From the NCBI GenBank assembly GCA_019247695.1, contig JAFBAP010000156.1, forward strand, positions 10,298 through 74,297: DNA of 64,000 bases. Reading direction: 5' to 3'. The notes under the pieces were generated by a model. It saw only the letters and a program-made list of their open reading frames with translations, did no database searches and was not told the DNA's origin. Positions within the stretch are counted from its first letter, which is position 1. Every line of letters starts with the position of its first letter. Both the position numbers and the translations under genes were made by a program. The stretch comes from Verrucomicrobiota bacterium. Lineage in GTDB: Bacteria > Verrucomicrobiota > Verrucomicrobiia > Chthoniobacterales > JAFAMB01. Below, piece after piece: positions 11,189 through 20,648 of this stretch.

Positions 11189-11389
11189 ATGAAAATCAAA
11201 GAACTTCGCGAGCTGAGCAACGACGAGCTGATTGCCCGGCGTCAGGAATTGCGGCGCGAAACCTTCAACTTGCGTCTGCAACAGCAGACCGGGGCCCTGG
11301 AGAAACCAACCGTGCTCCGCGAAAACCGCCGCGAGGTTGCTCGCATCGAGACGATCCTGACCGAGCGAAAACGCCAAGCCCCCGCCTAA
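11189..11389 (+). CDS. rpmC: 50S ribosomal protein L29
   Basis: KELRELS..FNLRLQ..RREVARIETIL. Confidence 0.97.
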   Translation: MKIKELRELSNDELIARRQELRRETFNLRLQQQTGALEKPTVLRENRREVARIETILTERKRQAPA

Positions 11390-11444
11390 ACTGAATTTTG
11401 ACGCCGTTGTGAGCCGGCGTCTACCCGACTAATTCCTAAACTTA

Positions 11445-11792
11445 ATGGCTGAAGAGACTGTCCATCCTGAAGGTACTGCCACGGCCACGCAACCGGCCGC
11501 CGCACCCGCGGCTGCCGCCGACGCGTCGCAGCAGTCTGAAGCTCCGAAGCGGCATCTTCGGAAGATTCGCGTCGGCGAGGTTGTGTCCAACAAAATGGAC
11601 AAAACCATCGTCGTCGCCGTCGTCCGTCGAGTGCCGCACCCGAGATTCGGAAAAATTATCAAGCGAACCAAGAAATTCTACGCGCACGATGAGCAGAACC
11701 AGTGTGCAATCGGAGACTTGGTGCGCATCGAAGAGACTCGACCGCTCAGCCGGCTTAAACGCTGGCGGCTGATCGAGGTCCTCAAGCACTGA
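11445..11792 (+). CDS. rpsQ: 30S ribosomal protein S17 (Ala-rich N-terminal extension)
   Basis: [29 protein letters not shown]. Confidence 0.98.
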   Translation: MAEETVHPEGTATATQPAAAPAAAADASQQSEAPKRHLRKIRVGEVVSNKMDKTIVVAVVRRVPHPRFGKIIKRTKKFYAHDEQNQCAIGDLVRIEETRPLSRLKRWRLIEVLKH

Positions 11793-11809
11793 GGAGGGTT
11801 CGGCATACC

Positions 11810-12175
11810 ATGATTCAAATTCGTTCCAGATTAGACGTCGCCGATAACACCGGCGCGCGGATGGCCACCATGATCGGTGTAATCGGCAAACCGACGCTCT
11901 ACGCCTCGATCGGTGACGTCATCACTTGCAACGTCAAGGAAGCCGCGGCGAACGGCAGCGTGAAGAAGGGGGATGTCGTCCGCGCGGTGGTCGTACGGAC
12001 CAAGCATCCCGTCCGGCGCGACGACGGTTCCTATTTGCGTTTCGACAACAACGCGATCGTCATCATCGACAAGGACCTGAATCCGAGGGGCACCCGTATC
12101 TTCGGGCCGGTCGCTCGTGAACTGCGCGAGAAGAACTTCATGAAGATCATCTCACTCGCCCCGGAGGTGCTATGA
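11810..12175 (+). CDS. rplN: 50S ribosomal protein L14
   Basis: [33 protein letters not shown]. Confidence 0.99.
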   Translation: MIQIRSRLDVADNTGARMATMIGVIGKPTLYASIGDVITCNVKEAAANGSVKKGDVVRAVVVRTKHPVRRDDGSYLRFDNNAIVIIDKDLNPRGTRIFGPVARELREKNFMKIISLAPEVL

Positions 12176-12459
12176 ACCGCCAACGTTTCCACGTCAAAAA
12201 GGGCGACCAGGTCCAGGTGATCTCCGGCAACCACAAGGGTGCGACCGGCAAAATCCTGCAGGTCCTGACCAAAAAACAGCAGGTATTGGTCGAGGGGGTG
12301 CGCATGATCAAGAAAACTCAGCGCAAGTCTCAGGAATATCCTACCGGCGCAATCCTTACACGCGAGGGGCCGATTCACATTTCCAACGTCAAGCTGCTCC
12401 AACCGGCGGAAAAGCCTCCCAAGAAGAACCAGGACCGGCGCGAGGGCGGCGGAGAATAA
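12172..12459 (+). CDS. rplX: 50S ribosomal protein L24
   Basis: [11 protein letters not shown] (KOW), EGPIHISNV. Confidence 0.97.
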   Translation: MNRQRFHVKKGDQVQVISGNHKGATGKILQVLTKKQQVLVEGVRMIKKTQRKSQEYPTGAILTREGPIHISNVKLLQPAEKPPKKNQDRREGGGE

Positions 12460-12464
12460 TAGCT

Positions 12465-13031
12465 ATGCAGGCTGAACTTTACCGAGACTACAAGGAACGG
12501 GTCGTCCCGGCACTGCGCGAGAAGCTCGGGTATAAAAACCTGTTGCAGGTTCCACGGGTCCAGAAAGTGGTCGTGAACACGTGCATGGGTACCCACGCGG
12601 CCGACGCCAAACAGGCGCTTGATGACGCCAAGGCCGACCTCGCCCTCATCACCGGCCAGCGCCCGGCGGAGACCACGGCCAAAAAAAGCATCTCCAATTT
12701 CAAATTGCGGAAGGGCCAGGCCATCGGGGCCAAGGTGACCCTGCGCGGCGACCGTATGTATGAATTCCTCGAGCGCCTCATAAAGATGGCGCTCCCGCGC
12801 ATCCGTGATTTCCGGGGCATCTCACCGAAGGCCTTTGACGGCAAAGGTAATTACACGCTGGGTGTCCACGATCAGTCGATCTTCCCGGAAGTTGAACTCG
12901 ACAGGATCAAACGCCCGGTGGGTTTTGACATCACGATCGTGACCACCGCGCGCACCAACGACGAGGCCAAAGCGTTGCTGATCGAACTGGGCGTCCCGTT
13001 CAGCGATCGCAAACTGCCGGGGCGAGCATAA
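12465..13031 (+). CDS. rplE: 50S ribosomal protein L5
   Basis: ITGQRP, AKKSISNFKLR, LPRIRDFRG, FDGKGNY. Confidence 0.99.
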   Translation: MQAELYRDYKERVVPALREKLGYKNLLQVPRVQKVVVNTCMGTHAADAKQALDDAKADLALITGQRPAETTAKKSISNFKLRKGQAIGAKVTLRGDRMYEFLERLIKMALPRIRDFRGISPKAFDGKGNYTLGVHDQSIFPEVELDRIKRPVGFDITIVTTARTNDEAKALLIELGVPFSDRKLPGRA

Positions 13032-13037
13032 AGAATC

Positions 13038-13433
13038 ATGAGTACACTTTCAGATCCGATTGCGGATTATTTAACCCGCCTGCGCAACGCCGCGCGTGCT
13101 AACCGGCACGACGTGACGGTCCCGTATTCCCGGATAAAGGAGGACATCAGCCGCATCCTGAAGCAGGAAGGGTTTATTGTCGGCTATGAAGTCGAACGGA
13201 CCGGCCGGCCGCAGATCAAGGTGACGTTGAAGTTCATCAATCGTACACCGGCGTTGACCGGCCTCAAGCGGGTCAGCCGTCCCGGGCTGAGGAAATACGT
13301 CGGCTCAGAGGATGTCCCGCGGGTGCTGGGCGGGATGGGCATCTCGATCTTGTCCACCTCCCGCGGCGTCATGACCGGTCGCGAGGCAAAAAGAGAACAC
13401 GTCGGCGGGGAGTTGCTGGCCGTCGTCTGGTAG
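13038..13433 (+). CDS. rpsH: 30S ribosomal protein S8
   Basis: DPIADYLTRLRNA, RVSRPGLR, STSRGVMT, GGE. Confidence 0.99.
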   Translation: MSTLSDPIADYLTRLRNAARANRHDVTVPYSRIKEDISRILKQEGFIVGYEVERTGRPQIKVTLKFINRTPALTGLKRVSRPGLRKYVGSEDVPRVLGGMGISILSTSRGVMTGREAKREHVGGELLAVVW

Positions 13434-13448
13434 GAGAAAGAATCAAAA

Positions 13449-13988
13449 ATGTCTCGGATTGGTAGAAAGAGCATTCAAATCCCGGATAAAGTAAAGCTGG
13501 CCGTTTCCGAGGCCGGGGACGTGACGGTGGAAGGGCCGAAAGGCCGCCTCCAGTGGAGCTTGCCGCAGCAAATCTCACTGAAGGTCGACGGTAAAGAGGC
13601 GTCTCTGAGCCGCTCGGCCGAGACCCGCAGCGTCAAAGCCCTGCATGGGCTTTCCCGCAGCTTGATCAATAACATGGTCGCCGGGGTGAGCCAGGGTTTT
13701 CAGAAGAGCCTGGAAATTCACGGCGTCGGTTTCCGTGCCCAGGTTCAGGGCGCCAACCTGACGATGAGCCTCGGCTTTTCGCACCCGATTCTGTTCCCGA
13801 TTCCTGAGGGGATCAAGATCACCGTACAGGAAAATACCAAGTTGTTGATCGAGGGAATCGACAAACAAATGGTGGGCCAGGTCGCGGCCGATATACGGGC
13901 GTTCTATCCGCCTGAACCTTACAAGGGTAAAGGTATTCGCTATGCGGGCGAACAGATCCTGCGTAAAGAAGGTAAAACTGTACAATAA
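13449..13988 (+). CDS. rplF: 50S ribosomal protein L6
   Basis: MSRIGRK, LGFSHP, PEPYKGKGIRY. Confidence 0.99.
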   Translation: MSRIGRKSIQIPDKVKLAVSEAGDVTVEGPKGRLQWSLPQQISLKVDGKEASLSRSAETRSVKALHGLSRSLINNMVAGVSQGFQKSLEIHGVGFRAQVQGANLTMSLGFSHPILFPIPEGIKITVQENTKLLIEGIDKQMVGQVAADIRAFYPPEPYKGKGIRYAGEQILRKEGKTVQ

Positions 13989-14011
13989 CGAAGGCGGGGG
14001 TACACGAGAGC

Positions 14012-14368
14012 ATGGCTGTAATTGATCGAATCAGACTTCGTCACCGCCGGATCCGAAAAAAGGTAAGCGGTTCCCTGGCGCGTCCGCGTTTATGCGTGCA
14101 CTTCTCCGGCCGGCACATCTACGCGCAGGTGATCGATGACGTGGCCGGCAGGACGCTGGCCGCGGCGGCAACGACGGAAGCGGGTGTCCGCGGTGATCGC
14201 CGGGCCAACGCCAACGTTGAGATGGCGCAAAAAATAGGTACGCTCGTCGCTGAGCGGAGCCTGGTGAAAAACGTCAAGGCGGTGGTCTTCGACCGTGGCG
14301 GGTTTACCTACCACGGTAAGGTCAAGGCCCTGGCGGACGCCGCGCGGGCGGCAGGTTTGGATTTTTAA
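14012..14368 (+). CDS. rplR: 50S ribosomal protein L18
   Basis: [29 protein letters not shown]. Confidence 0.98.
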   Translation: MAVIDRIRLRHRRIRKKVSGSLARPRLCVHFSGRHIYAQVIDDVAGRTLAAAATTEAGVRGDRRANANVEMAQKIGTLVAERSLVKNVKAVVFDRGGFTYHGKVKALADAARAAGLDF

Positions 14369-14375
14369 AAATAAT

Positions 14376-14900
14376 ATGGCAACTGACGTTAGAAACCGCC
14401 GAAGCGACACTTCGGACCGTGGCGGCCAGAAAGGCGACACGACGGAAAAGGTGGTTTTCATTAATCGGTGCGCGAAAGTGGTGAAGGGCGGCCGCCGTTT
14501 CAGCTTCAGCGCACTCATCGTCGCCGGCGACCACAAAGGCCGCGTTGGATTTGGGTTCGGCAAAGCTAACGAGGTTGCCGAGGCCATTCGCAAGGCGTCG
14601 GAATCGGCTCGTAAATCGATGATCACGGTGGCCGTGCAGGAGAACACCATCCCGCACGAAGTCATCGGCGAATTCGGCGGTGGACGCGTCCTGCTCCGGC
14701 CGGCATCACCCGGTACCGGCGTGATCGCCGGAGGCGGCGTGCGTGCGGTGGTGGAAGCTGCCGGGATTAAGGATGTGCTCGCCAAGTCTCTCGGGTCCAA
14801 CAACCACGCCAACGTGGTCAAGGCAACGATCGAGGCGCTGCGTTCCCTGCGTCACCGGGATGAAGTTTTCAAGTTGAGAGGTAAAGCCGGGACGGTCTGA
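14376..14900 (+). CDS. rpsE: 30S ribosomal protein S5
   Basis: [26 protein letters not shown]; ATG 14376 preferred. Confidence 0.98.
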   Translation: MATDVRNRRSDTSDRGGQKGDTTEKVVFINRCAKVVKGGRRFSFSALIVAGDHKGRVGFGFGKANEVAEAIRKASESARKSMITVAVQENTIPHEVIGEFGGGRVLLRPASPGTGVIAGGGVRAVVEAAGIKDVLAKSLGSNNHANVVKATIEALRSLRHRDEVFKLRGKAGTV

Positions 14901-14979
14901 CCGGCGATAAGCACGGCGCTCAGGGACCTGCCGCGAACGGCAGCCGGCCCGTGCTTGAAAGGACCACGTTCTTTTCGTT

Positions 14980-15426
14980 ATGCGGCTACATAATCTAAAA
15001 CCACGACCCGGCGCCAAGCATCGCAGAAAACGCGTTGGCTGCGGCGAAAGCTCCGGACACGGCAAAACCAGCGGACGGGGTCACAAAGGCCAGAAGGCCC
15101 GTTCCGGCGGCAGCATCCGCCTCGGTTTTGAAGGCGGTCAGATGCCCCTGATCCGCCGTCTCCCGAAGCGTGGCTTCAACCGTGACGCCTTCAAAACCGT
15201 TTACGCGATCGTCAACGTCGATGACCTGGAGCAGTTCGACTCGGGGGTCCGCGTCAATCGCGAGTTGTTAAAAGAACGGGGCCTGATCAACGGCCGGTTC
15301 GACGGGATCAAAATCCTCGGCCGAGGCAAACTCACCAAAAGCTTAACCGTCGAGGCGCATAAGTTCAGCGCCACAGCCCGCCAGCAAATCGAAGCGGCGG
15401 GGGGCTCGGTCGTGTCCCTGCCTTGA
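14980..15426 (+). CDS. rplO: 50S ribosomal protein L15
   Basis: [33 protein letters not shown]. Confidence 0.99.
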   Translation: MRLHNLKPRPGAKHRRKRVGCGESSGHGKTSGRGHKGQKARSGGSIRLGFEGGQMPLIRRLPKRGFNRDAFKTVYAIVNVDDLEQFDSGVRVNRELLKERGLINGRFDGIKILGRGKLTKSLTVEAHKFSATARQQIEAAGGSVVSLP

Positions 15427-15439
15427 GCGATCCAGCCTC

Positions 15440-16945
15440 ATGATCTCGGCTTTCACCAACATCTTCAAAATCCCGGAACTGCGGCAGCGGATCCTGTTCA
15501 CGATCGGTCTGCTGGTGATCGTCCGGGCCGGCGCCGCCATCACCATCCCGGGGGTCAACGCGCACGTCCTCAACGAGTGGTTCCAGTCAGAAATGTCGAA
15601 GGCCAGCTCGGGAGGTGTTGCCGCGCTGTTCAACATCTTTGCCGGCGGCGCCCTGGAGCACTGCGCGATCTTTTCGCTCGGCATCATGCCGTACATCAGT
15701 GCCTCGATCATGATGCAGCTGCTGACGGCCGTCATTCCGCGCCTCAACAAAATGGCGCGCGAAGAGGCCGGCGGACGGCAGAAGATCATGCAGTACACGC
15801 GGTACCTGACGCTCGGACTTTGCATCTTTCAGGGTTACCTGCTGGCCGTCTCAATGGAGAATCCGGGTTCCAATCCCTTCCTGCAAGGCATCGGGTCCGT
15901 AACCGCTCGCCTCGGACCGCTGGTGACCAGCCCGGGCTGGGGTTTCCGGCTCGTCGCGGTGATCACCCTGAGCGCCGGGACGATGTTCCTGATGTGGCTG
16001 GGTGACCAGATCACCGACCGCGGCATCGGCAACGGTACCTCGATGATCATCACCGTCGGCATCGTCGCGTCCCTGCCGGGGGCGCTCGTGCAAGTCTGGA
16101 ATACGTTCGTTCCCGCCGGCGGTTCGCCCAGCCGGGTGAGCCCGATCGTGCTTGTGTTGATGCTGTTGTTCCTGGTGCTCGTTATCGCCGGGGTCATCGC
16201 TCTCACCCAGGGCCAGCGCAGGATCAGCATTCAGTACGCAAAACGCGTCGTCGGCCGCAAGGTCTATGGAGGCCAGACTCAATACCTCCCCCTTAAGGTC
16301 AATGCGGTCGGGGTTATGCCGATCATCTTCGCCCAGGCCATCCTGCTCTTTCCGTCCACGGTCCTGAGCATGATGTTCCGGAACCAGGAATGGGCCGTGA
16401 CACTGTCCAATGCCCTCGCCGTCGGCTGGATGCATTACCTGATCACGGCCGTCCTGATCTTCTTTTTCAGCTATTTCTGGGTCGCGATCCAGTTCCAGCC
16501 GACCCAGATCGCGGATGACCTGAAAAAGTACAACGGTTACATCCCCGGATGTCGCCCGGGCAAACCGACCGCCGATTTTCTCGAGTACACGCTTACGCGG
16601 TTGACCTTTGCCGGCGCCCTTTTTCTGACCGTCATCGCCGTGATCCCGGAGACGTTGATTACCTGGTGCGGTGTACCCAGGATGACGGCACGGTTCTTCG
16701 GCGGCACCAGCCTCCTCATCATCGTCGGCGTCCTGCTTGACACGATGCGCCAGGTGGAAACGCACCTGATCCAACGCCATTACGACGGCTTTCTGCGCAA
16801 GGGACGGCTCCGCGGCCGCTTTGAGCGCGCCGTCGGCGGCGCCGGCGCCGTAGTCAAGGAACGGGCGCTCCTCTGGATGTGGGTCGCGTTTGCGGTGCTT
16901 GCGGTTGCCGGGGTGGCGATCTCGATCTTCGTCAACCAGCGTTAG
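15440..16945 (+). CDS. secY: Preprotein translocase SecY (extra C-terminal hydrophobic segment)
   Basis: LGIMPYISASI, WLGDQITDRGIGNG, IPGCRPG, GGTSLLIIVGV. Confidence 0.98.
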   Translation: MISAFTNIFKIPELRQRILFTIGLLVIVRAGAAITIPGVNAHVLNEWFQSEMSKASSGGVAALFNIFAGGALEHCAIFSLGIMPYISASIMMQLLTAVIPRLNKMAREEAGGRQKIMQYTRYLTLGLCIFQGYLLAVSMENPGSNPFLQGIGSVTARLGPLVTSPGWGFRLVAVITLSAGTMFLMWLGDQITDRGIGNGTSMIITVGIVASLPGALVQVWNTFVPAGGSPSRVSPIVLVLMLLFLVLVIAGVIALTQGQRRISIQYAKRVVGRKVYGGQTQYLPLKVNAVGVMPIIFAQAILLFPSTVLSMMFRNQEWAVTLSNALAVGWMHYLITAVLIFFFSYFWVAIQFQPTQIADDLKKYNGYIPGCRPGKPTADFLEYTLTRLTFAGALFLTVIAVIPETLITWCGVPRMTARFFGGTSLLIIVGVLLDTMRQVETHLIQRHYDGFLRKGRLRGRFERAVGGAGAVVKERALLWMWVAFAVLAVAGVAISIFVNQR

Positions 16946-16968
16946 CCTTAGTCAAGCAAAAGCGCAGG

Positions 16969-17284
16969 GTGAAAAGGAGAGTCGTGCTGTGAGGTCCGCC
17001 CGCTTCCGGGAAAGCGACCCTGGCCGAGTTGATCCGGCAGAAGCTCGGTCTCCCGGCAGCCTCGTGCGTGTTCCAAATCCGACCCCTGCCCGAACTGCGG
17101 CGGCGTGCTGGAACTTCGGGAAAATGACCGTGCGGATGTTCTGCGGAAGCGGCTCGTGGAATATCAGGAAAAAACCTCGCATGCGGCCAGGTACTACGAT
17201 AACCGCTCTTTACTGCACCGCATGAACGGCGATCGTAGCGTCGACGCCGTATTTAAAGAAATCGGCGAAGCAATGGCGACATGA
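16969..17284 (+). pseudogene. adk: Adenylate kinase pseudogene (nonsense codon, large internal deletion, frameshift)
   Basis: From GTG 16969: MKRRVVL*GPPASGKATLAELIRQKLGLP (P-loop; TGA at 16990-92). A second frame gives CPNCGGVLELRENDRADVLRKRLVEYQEKTSHAARYY...NGDRSVDAVFKEI, ending TGA 17284. Canonical secY-adk-map position. Confidence 0.9.
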
Positions 17285-18057
17285 TCCCGATCAAGACAGC
17301 GCTCGAAATCGAAAAGATGCGGGCTTCATGCCGCATCGCGAGTCAAATCCTCGAAGAAGTATCCAAAGTGTTGGCGCCCGGCATTACCACCCGGGAAGTC
17401 GACCAGCTGGCGGCACGTCTGATGAGCGACGCCGGTTGTCGAAGCGCGTTCTTAGGTTACAAACGGTTCCCAGGCAACATCTGCATCTCGATCAATGATG
17501 AGGTGGTGCACGGAATCGGAGGCAGCCGTAAAATCCAGTACGGCGACATCGTTAAGCTGGATATCGGCGTTATCCTCGACGGTTTTGTCGGGGATACGGC
17601 CGCCACCATCCCGATCGGCATGATCGCAGAGGACGTGCAGCGGCTGCTCGAGGTGACCGAAAGTGCCTTGTATAAAGGCATCGAGAAGGCCCGCGAGGGC
17701 CGTCGCCTGAGTGAACTCTGCGGCGCCATCCAGCGGGAAGTGGAGACGAACGGCTTCAGTGTGGTCCGAGAATTTGTCGGGCACGGCGTCGGGCGCAAGC
17801 TGCACGAGGAACCCCAAATCCCAAATTACCGCGCGCCGGGCACAACTGCGAAGCTGAAAGCCGGCATGACGTTGGCCATTGAACCCATGGTCAATCTCGG
17901 AAAACCCGATGTCCGCGTGCTCTCGGACGAGTGGACGGTGGTCACAGCAGATCGTTTGCCCTCTGCGCACTTTGAACATACTGTCCTGGTCACGAGAGGT
18001 GAACCCGAGATCCTGACATGGCGCGAAAAGACGTCATCGAAGTTGAAGGCAGGGTAA
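17281..18057 (+). CDS. map: Methionine aminopeptidase type I
   Basis: [32 protein letters not shown]. Confidence 0.98.
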   Translation: MIPIKTALEIEKMRASCRIASQILEEVSKVLAPGITTREVDQLAARLMSDAGCRSAFLGYKRFPGNICISINDEVVHGIGGSRKIQYGDIVKLDIGVILDGFVGDTAATIPIGMIAEDVQRLLEVTESALYKGIEKAREGRRLSELCGAIQREVETNGFSVVREFVGHGVGRKLHEEPQIPNYRAPGTTAKLKAGMTLAIEPMVNLGKPDVRVLSDEWTVVTADRLPSAHFEHTVLVTRGEPEILTWREKTSSKLKAG

Positions 18058-18236
18058 TCGAATTGTTGCCGAACACGATGTTCCGGGTCGAGTTGCCGAA
18101 CGGGCATCGGATCCTGGCGCATATTTCCGGAAAAATGCGCCTGCACTTCATTCGGATCTTGCCTGGCGACAAAGTTATGGTACAGATGTCGCCTTACGAC
18201 TTGACGAAAGGCCGAATAACCTTCCGGCAAAAGTAA
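18018..18236 (+). CDS. infA: Translation initiation factor IF-1
   Basis: [27 protein letters not shown]. Confidence 0.98.
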   Translation: MARKDVIEVEGRVIELLPNTMFRVELPNGHRILAHISGKMRLHFIRILPGDKVMVQMSPYDLTKGRITFRQK

Positions 18237-18318
18237 GGCGAAAGATGGTTTAAGCGCTCCTCGGAGGAAAACCCTCTGCAGGCTGCGTTTTTTTGTCCCC
18301 CGATCGGGACGATTACCC

Positions 18319-18432
18319 ATGAAAGTACGACCCTCAGTGAAGCGGCTGTGTGAGAGCTGCAGGATCATCAAACGGAAAAACGTCGTGCGCGTGGTTTGCA
18401 AAAACCCACGGCACAAACAACGACAAGGCTAA
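18319..18432 (+). CDS. rpmJ: 50S ribosomal protein L36 (Zn-binding type)
   Basis: Below ORF-track cutoff. Manual translation: [37 protein letters not shown]. Confidence 0.97.
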   Translation: MKVRPSVKRLCESCRIIKRKNVVRVVCKNPRHKQRQG

Positions 18433-18480
18433 AAGGCCAGGGTCGCCTGACCTTGCCGCCGCTGGCCGGAGCCACAGAAT

Positions 18481-18876
18481 ATGCCTCGATTATTAGGTGT
18501 TGAGATACCCGGAGATAAACGGATCGAAGCGTCGTTGCCGTACGTTTACGGCATCGGCCCGAAAACGGCGAAGAAGATCCTCGAACAAGCGAATATCGAT
18601 CCCAACATCCGCGCTAAGAATTTAACCCCCGAACAGTTGAGCGACATCGTCCACGCGATCAACGCAAGCGGCCTTATGATCGAGGGTGATCTGCGGCGCG
18701 AGATTCAGAGTAACCTCAAGCGCCTCCAGGGTATCCGCTGCTATCGCGGAATACGCCACATGCGCGGGTTGCCCGTGCGCGGCCAGCGCACCTCGACCAA
18801 TGCGCGTACCCGGAAAGGCCCGCGTAAGACCGTGGGCGTACAGCGAAACAAGGACGCAAAAGCTGGAAAAGTTTAA
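18481..18876 (+). CDS. rpsM: 30S ribosomal protein S13
   Basis: [32 protein letters not shown]. Confidence 0.99.
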   Translation: MPRLLGVEIPGDKRIEASLPYVYGIGPKTAKKILEQANIDPNIRAKNLTPEQLSDIVHAINASGLMIEGDLRREIQSNLKRLQGIRCYRGIRHMRGLPVRGQRTSTNARTRKGPRKTVGVQRNKDAKAGKV

Positions 18877-18889
18877 GTACTGACATTGT

Positions 18890-19573
18890 ATGGCAGATCA
18901 GACGCCAAATCCCGCGCCGGAAGACCGGAAGCCCAACAACCCGGGCGCTGCCCCCGCCGCTCCCGCCGCAACGGGCACCAATAACCCGAACCCGGCACCC
19001 ACCGCCCCGACGGCAGCACCGGCAGCTACGGCAGCACCGGCAGCTCCGGCCGCCCCTGCGGCGTCTGCGGCCCCGGCCGCACCCGCTGATCCGGCAAGGC
19101 CGGCTGCGCGAGCACCTAAAGGGAAAGCCAGGAAGGAAACCGCCGGTGACGGCGGCAAGCCCGGCCTCACGCTTGAGGGAACCGAAGCCGAGCGGCCGAA
19201 AATCATCAAGGCCAAAGGCAGCAAGAATGTCGGTACCGGCATCGCTCACGTCCTGGCAACCTTCAACAACACCATCGTTTCGATTACGGACCTTAAGGGT
19301 AACGTGATCGGCTGGTCGAGCGCCGGAAAAGTGGGATTTAAAGGATCCCGCAAAAGCACCGCCTACGCCGCCCAGTTGGTCGCGCAGGATGCATGCCGGC
19401 AGGCCATGGGGCACGGTTTGAAGGAAGTTGAGGTGCTGGTCAAAGGGCCCGGCGCCGGCCGCGAGTCTGCTGTCCGGGCAATCCAGGCCATCGGTCTGGA
19501 TATCTCGGTGATCCGCGACGTCACCCCGGTTCCGCACAACGGTTGCCGTCCGCCTAAACAGCGCCGCGTCTGA
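18890..19573 (+). CDS. rpsK: 30S ribosomal protein S11 with about 100-aa Ala/Pro-rich N-terminal extension
   Basis: [38 protein letters not shown]. Confidence 0.97.
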   Translation: MADQTPNPAPEDRKPNNPGAAPAAPAATGTNNPNPAPTAPTAAPAATAAPAAPAAPAASAAPAAPADPARPAARAPKGKARKETAGDGGKPGLTLEGTEAERPKIIKAKGSKNVGTGIAHVLATFNNTIVSITDLKGNVIGWSSAGKVGFKGSRKSTAYAAQLVAQDACRQAMGHGLKEVEVLVKGPGAGRESAVRAIQAIGLDISVIRDVTPVPHNGCRPPKQRRV

Positions 19574-19587
19574 GCAGGAGATTTTAA

Positions 19588-20199
19588 ATGGCTCGTTACA
19601 CAGGTCCTAAATCGAAGATCAGCCGCCGTTACGGCGTCCCGCTGTTCGGCCCCAGCAAGGCGCTCGAGCGCAAGAATTATCCTCCGGGCATGCACGGCCC
19701 CAAGGGCGCCCGCCGGAAATTGTCCGACTACGCCACGGCGCTGGGCGAAAAGCAAAAGCTTCGCTTCCAGTATGGGCTCATGGAGCGGCAGTTTCGCCGC
19801 TATTTCGAGACCGCGCTGCGTAAACGCGGCATCACGGGCGAGACGTTACTCCAGATGCTCGAGACCCGTCTCGACAATGTGGTGTTCCGCCTCGGCTTCG
19901 CCAATTCACGCAGCGCCGCCCGCCAGTTAGTGTCCCATGGGCACGTGCTGGTCAATAATCGGAAGGTTAACGTCTCCTCCTATAATCTGCGGGCCGGGGA
20001 CTTGATTACCGTAAAGGATCGCCCATCATCCCGGCGCTTGGCCACACGCAACCTGGAGTTGACCCAGATCCATATGGTTCCGGATTGGCTCGTGCTCGAC
20101 AAGGATCAGTTCCAGGGCAAGGTCGTCCGGATTCCCAGCCGCGATGAGATCGCACCGATCGTGAACGAGCAACTCGTGGTCGAGCTGTACTCGCGTTAA
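19588..20199 (+). CDS. rpsD: 30S ribosomal protein S4
   Basis: MARYTGP, EKQKLR, LETRLDNVVFRLG, ARQLVSHGH, VVELYSR. Confidence 0.99.
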   Translation: MARYTGPKSKISRRYGVPLFGPSKALERKNYPPGMHGPKGARRKLSDYATALGEKQKLRFQYGLMERQFRRYFETALRKRGITGETLLQMLETRLDNVVFRLGFANSRSAARQLVSHGHVLVNNRKVNVSSYNLRAGDLITVKDRPSSRRLATRNLELTQIHMVPDWLVLDKDQFQGKVVRIPSRDEIAPIVNEQLVVELYSR

Positions 20200-20227
20200 G
20201 AAACGCCACGAGTGCCACAATCGGAAT

Positions 20228-20262
20228 AATGCCACAAATAGGAAGCCCCTATCTGCGGCATT
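20228..20262 (+). repeat. Minimal AATGCCACAAAT hairpin (possible operon terminator)
   Basis: AATGCCACAAATAG-GAAGCCC-CTATCTGCGGCATT; same motif as the ends of the 2052-2429 element. Confidence 0.6.
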
Positions 20263-20272
20263 AGGCAGGTTA

Positions 20273-20555
20273 ATACCATTCAGACGGTTATCTCTGTAGA
20301 ATGCCGGCTCAGGCGATGCCGGCGCCGGATGATGCTCCGTACCTTGTTGAACGGGTCTTACACCAATTTCGATAGTTAACTTGGTGGAATTTCGACCGGG
20401 TTTCAGCCCCAAAGGGGCGGAGGATCTTAGCCCAGGGTTTACCCTGGGAAACCGTCAAATCCCGATCGAGCCCTGAAGGGGCGGCAGAGTGCGTTGCTCA
20501 CGGTTTCTGCCGTCCCTTCAGGGCTCGATCGGGGAAGGGGCCCGTTGGGCCTGGA
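20273..20555. repeat. Composite REP/REPIN-like element
   Basis: CCCAGGGTTTACCCTGGG (20431-48) and GCCCTGAAGGG..CCCTTCAGGGC palindromes. 20273-20341 matches the reverse complement of 29306-29376; 20345-20495 matches 40545-40690. Confidence 0.8.
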
Positions 20556-20648
20556 CCGTTTTACCCCCACGGCCATCATTGAGAATACGCGGCGGAAGTT
20601 TGTCTCTGCTTCCGCCGCGGCGGTGCCGTGTGACCGGACCGGAATCCT

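Noticed and set aside
16990-16992. TGA in adk as selenocysteine, readthrough or alternative genetic code
   Set aside because: TGA ends many genuine genes here (rplD, rpsC, rplN), and adk also has a large deletion and a frameshift
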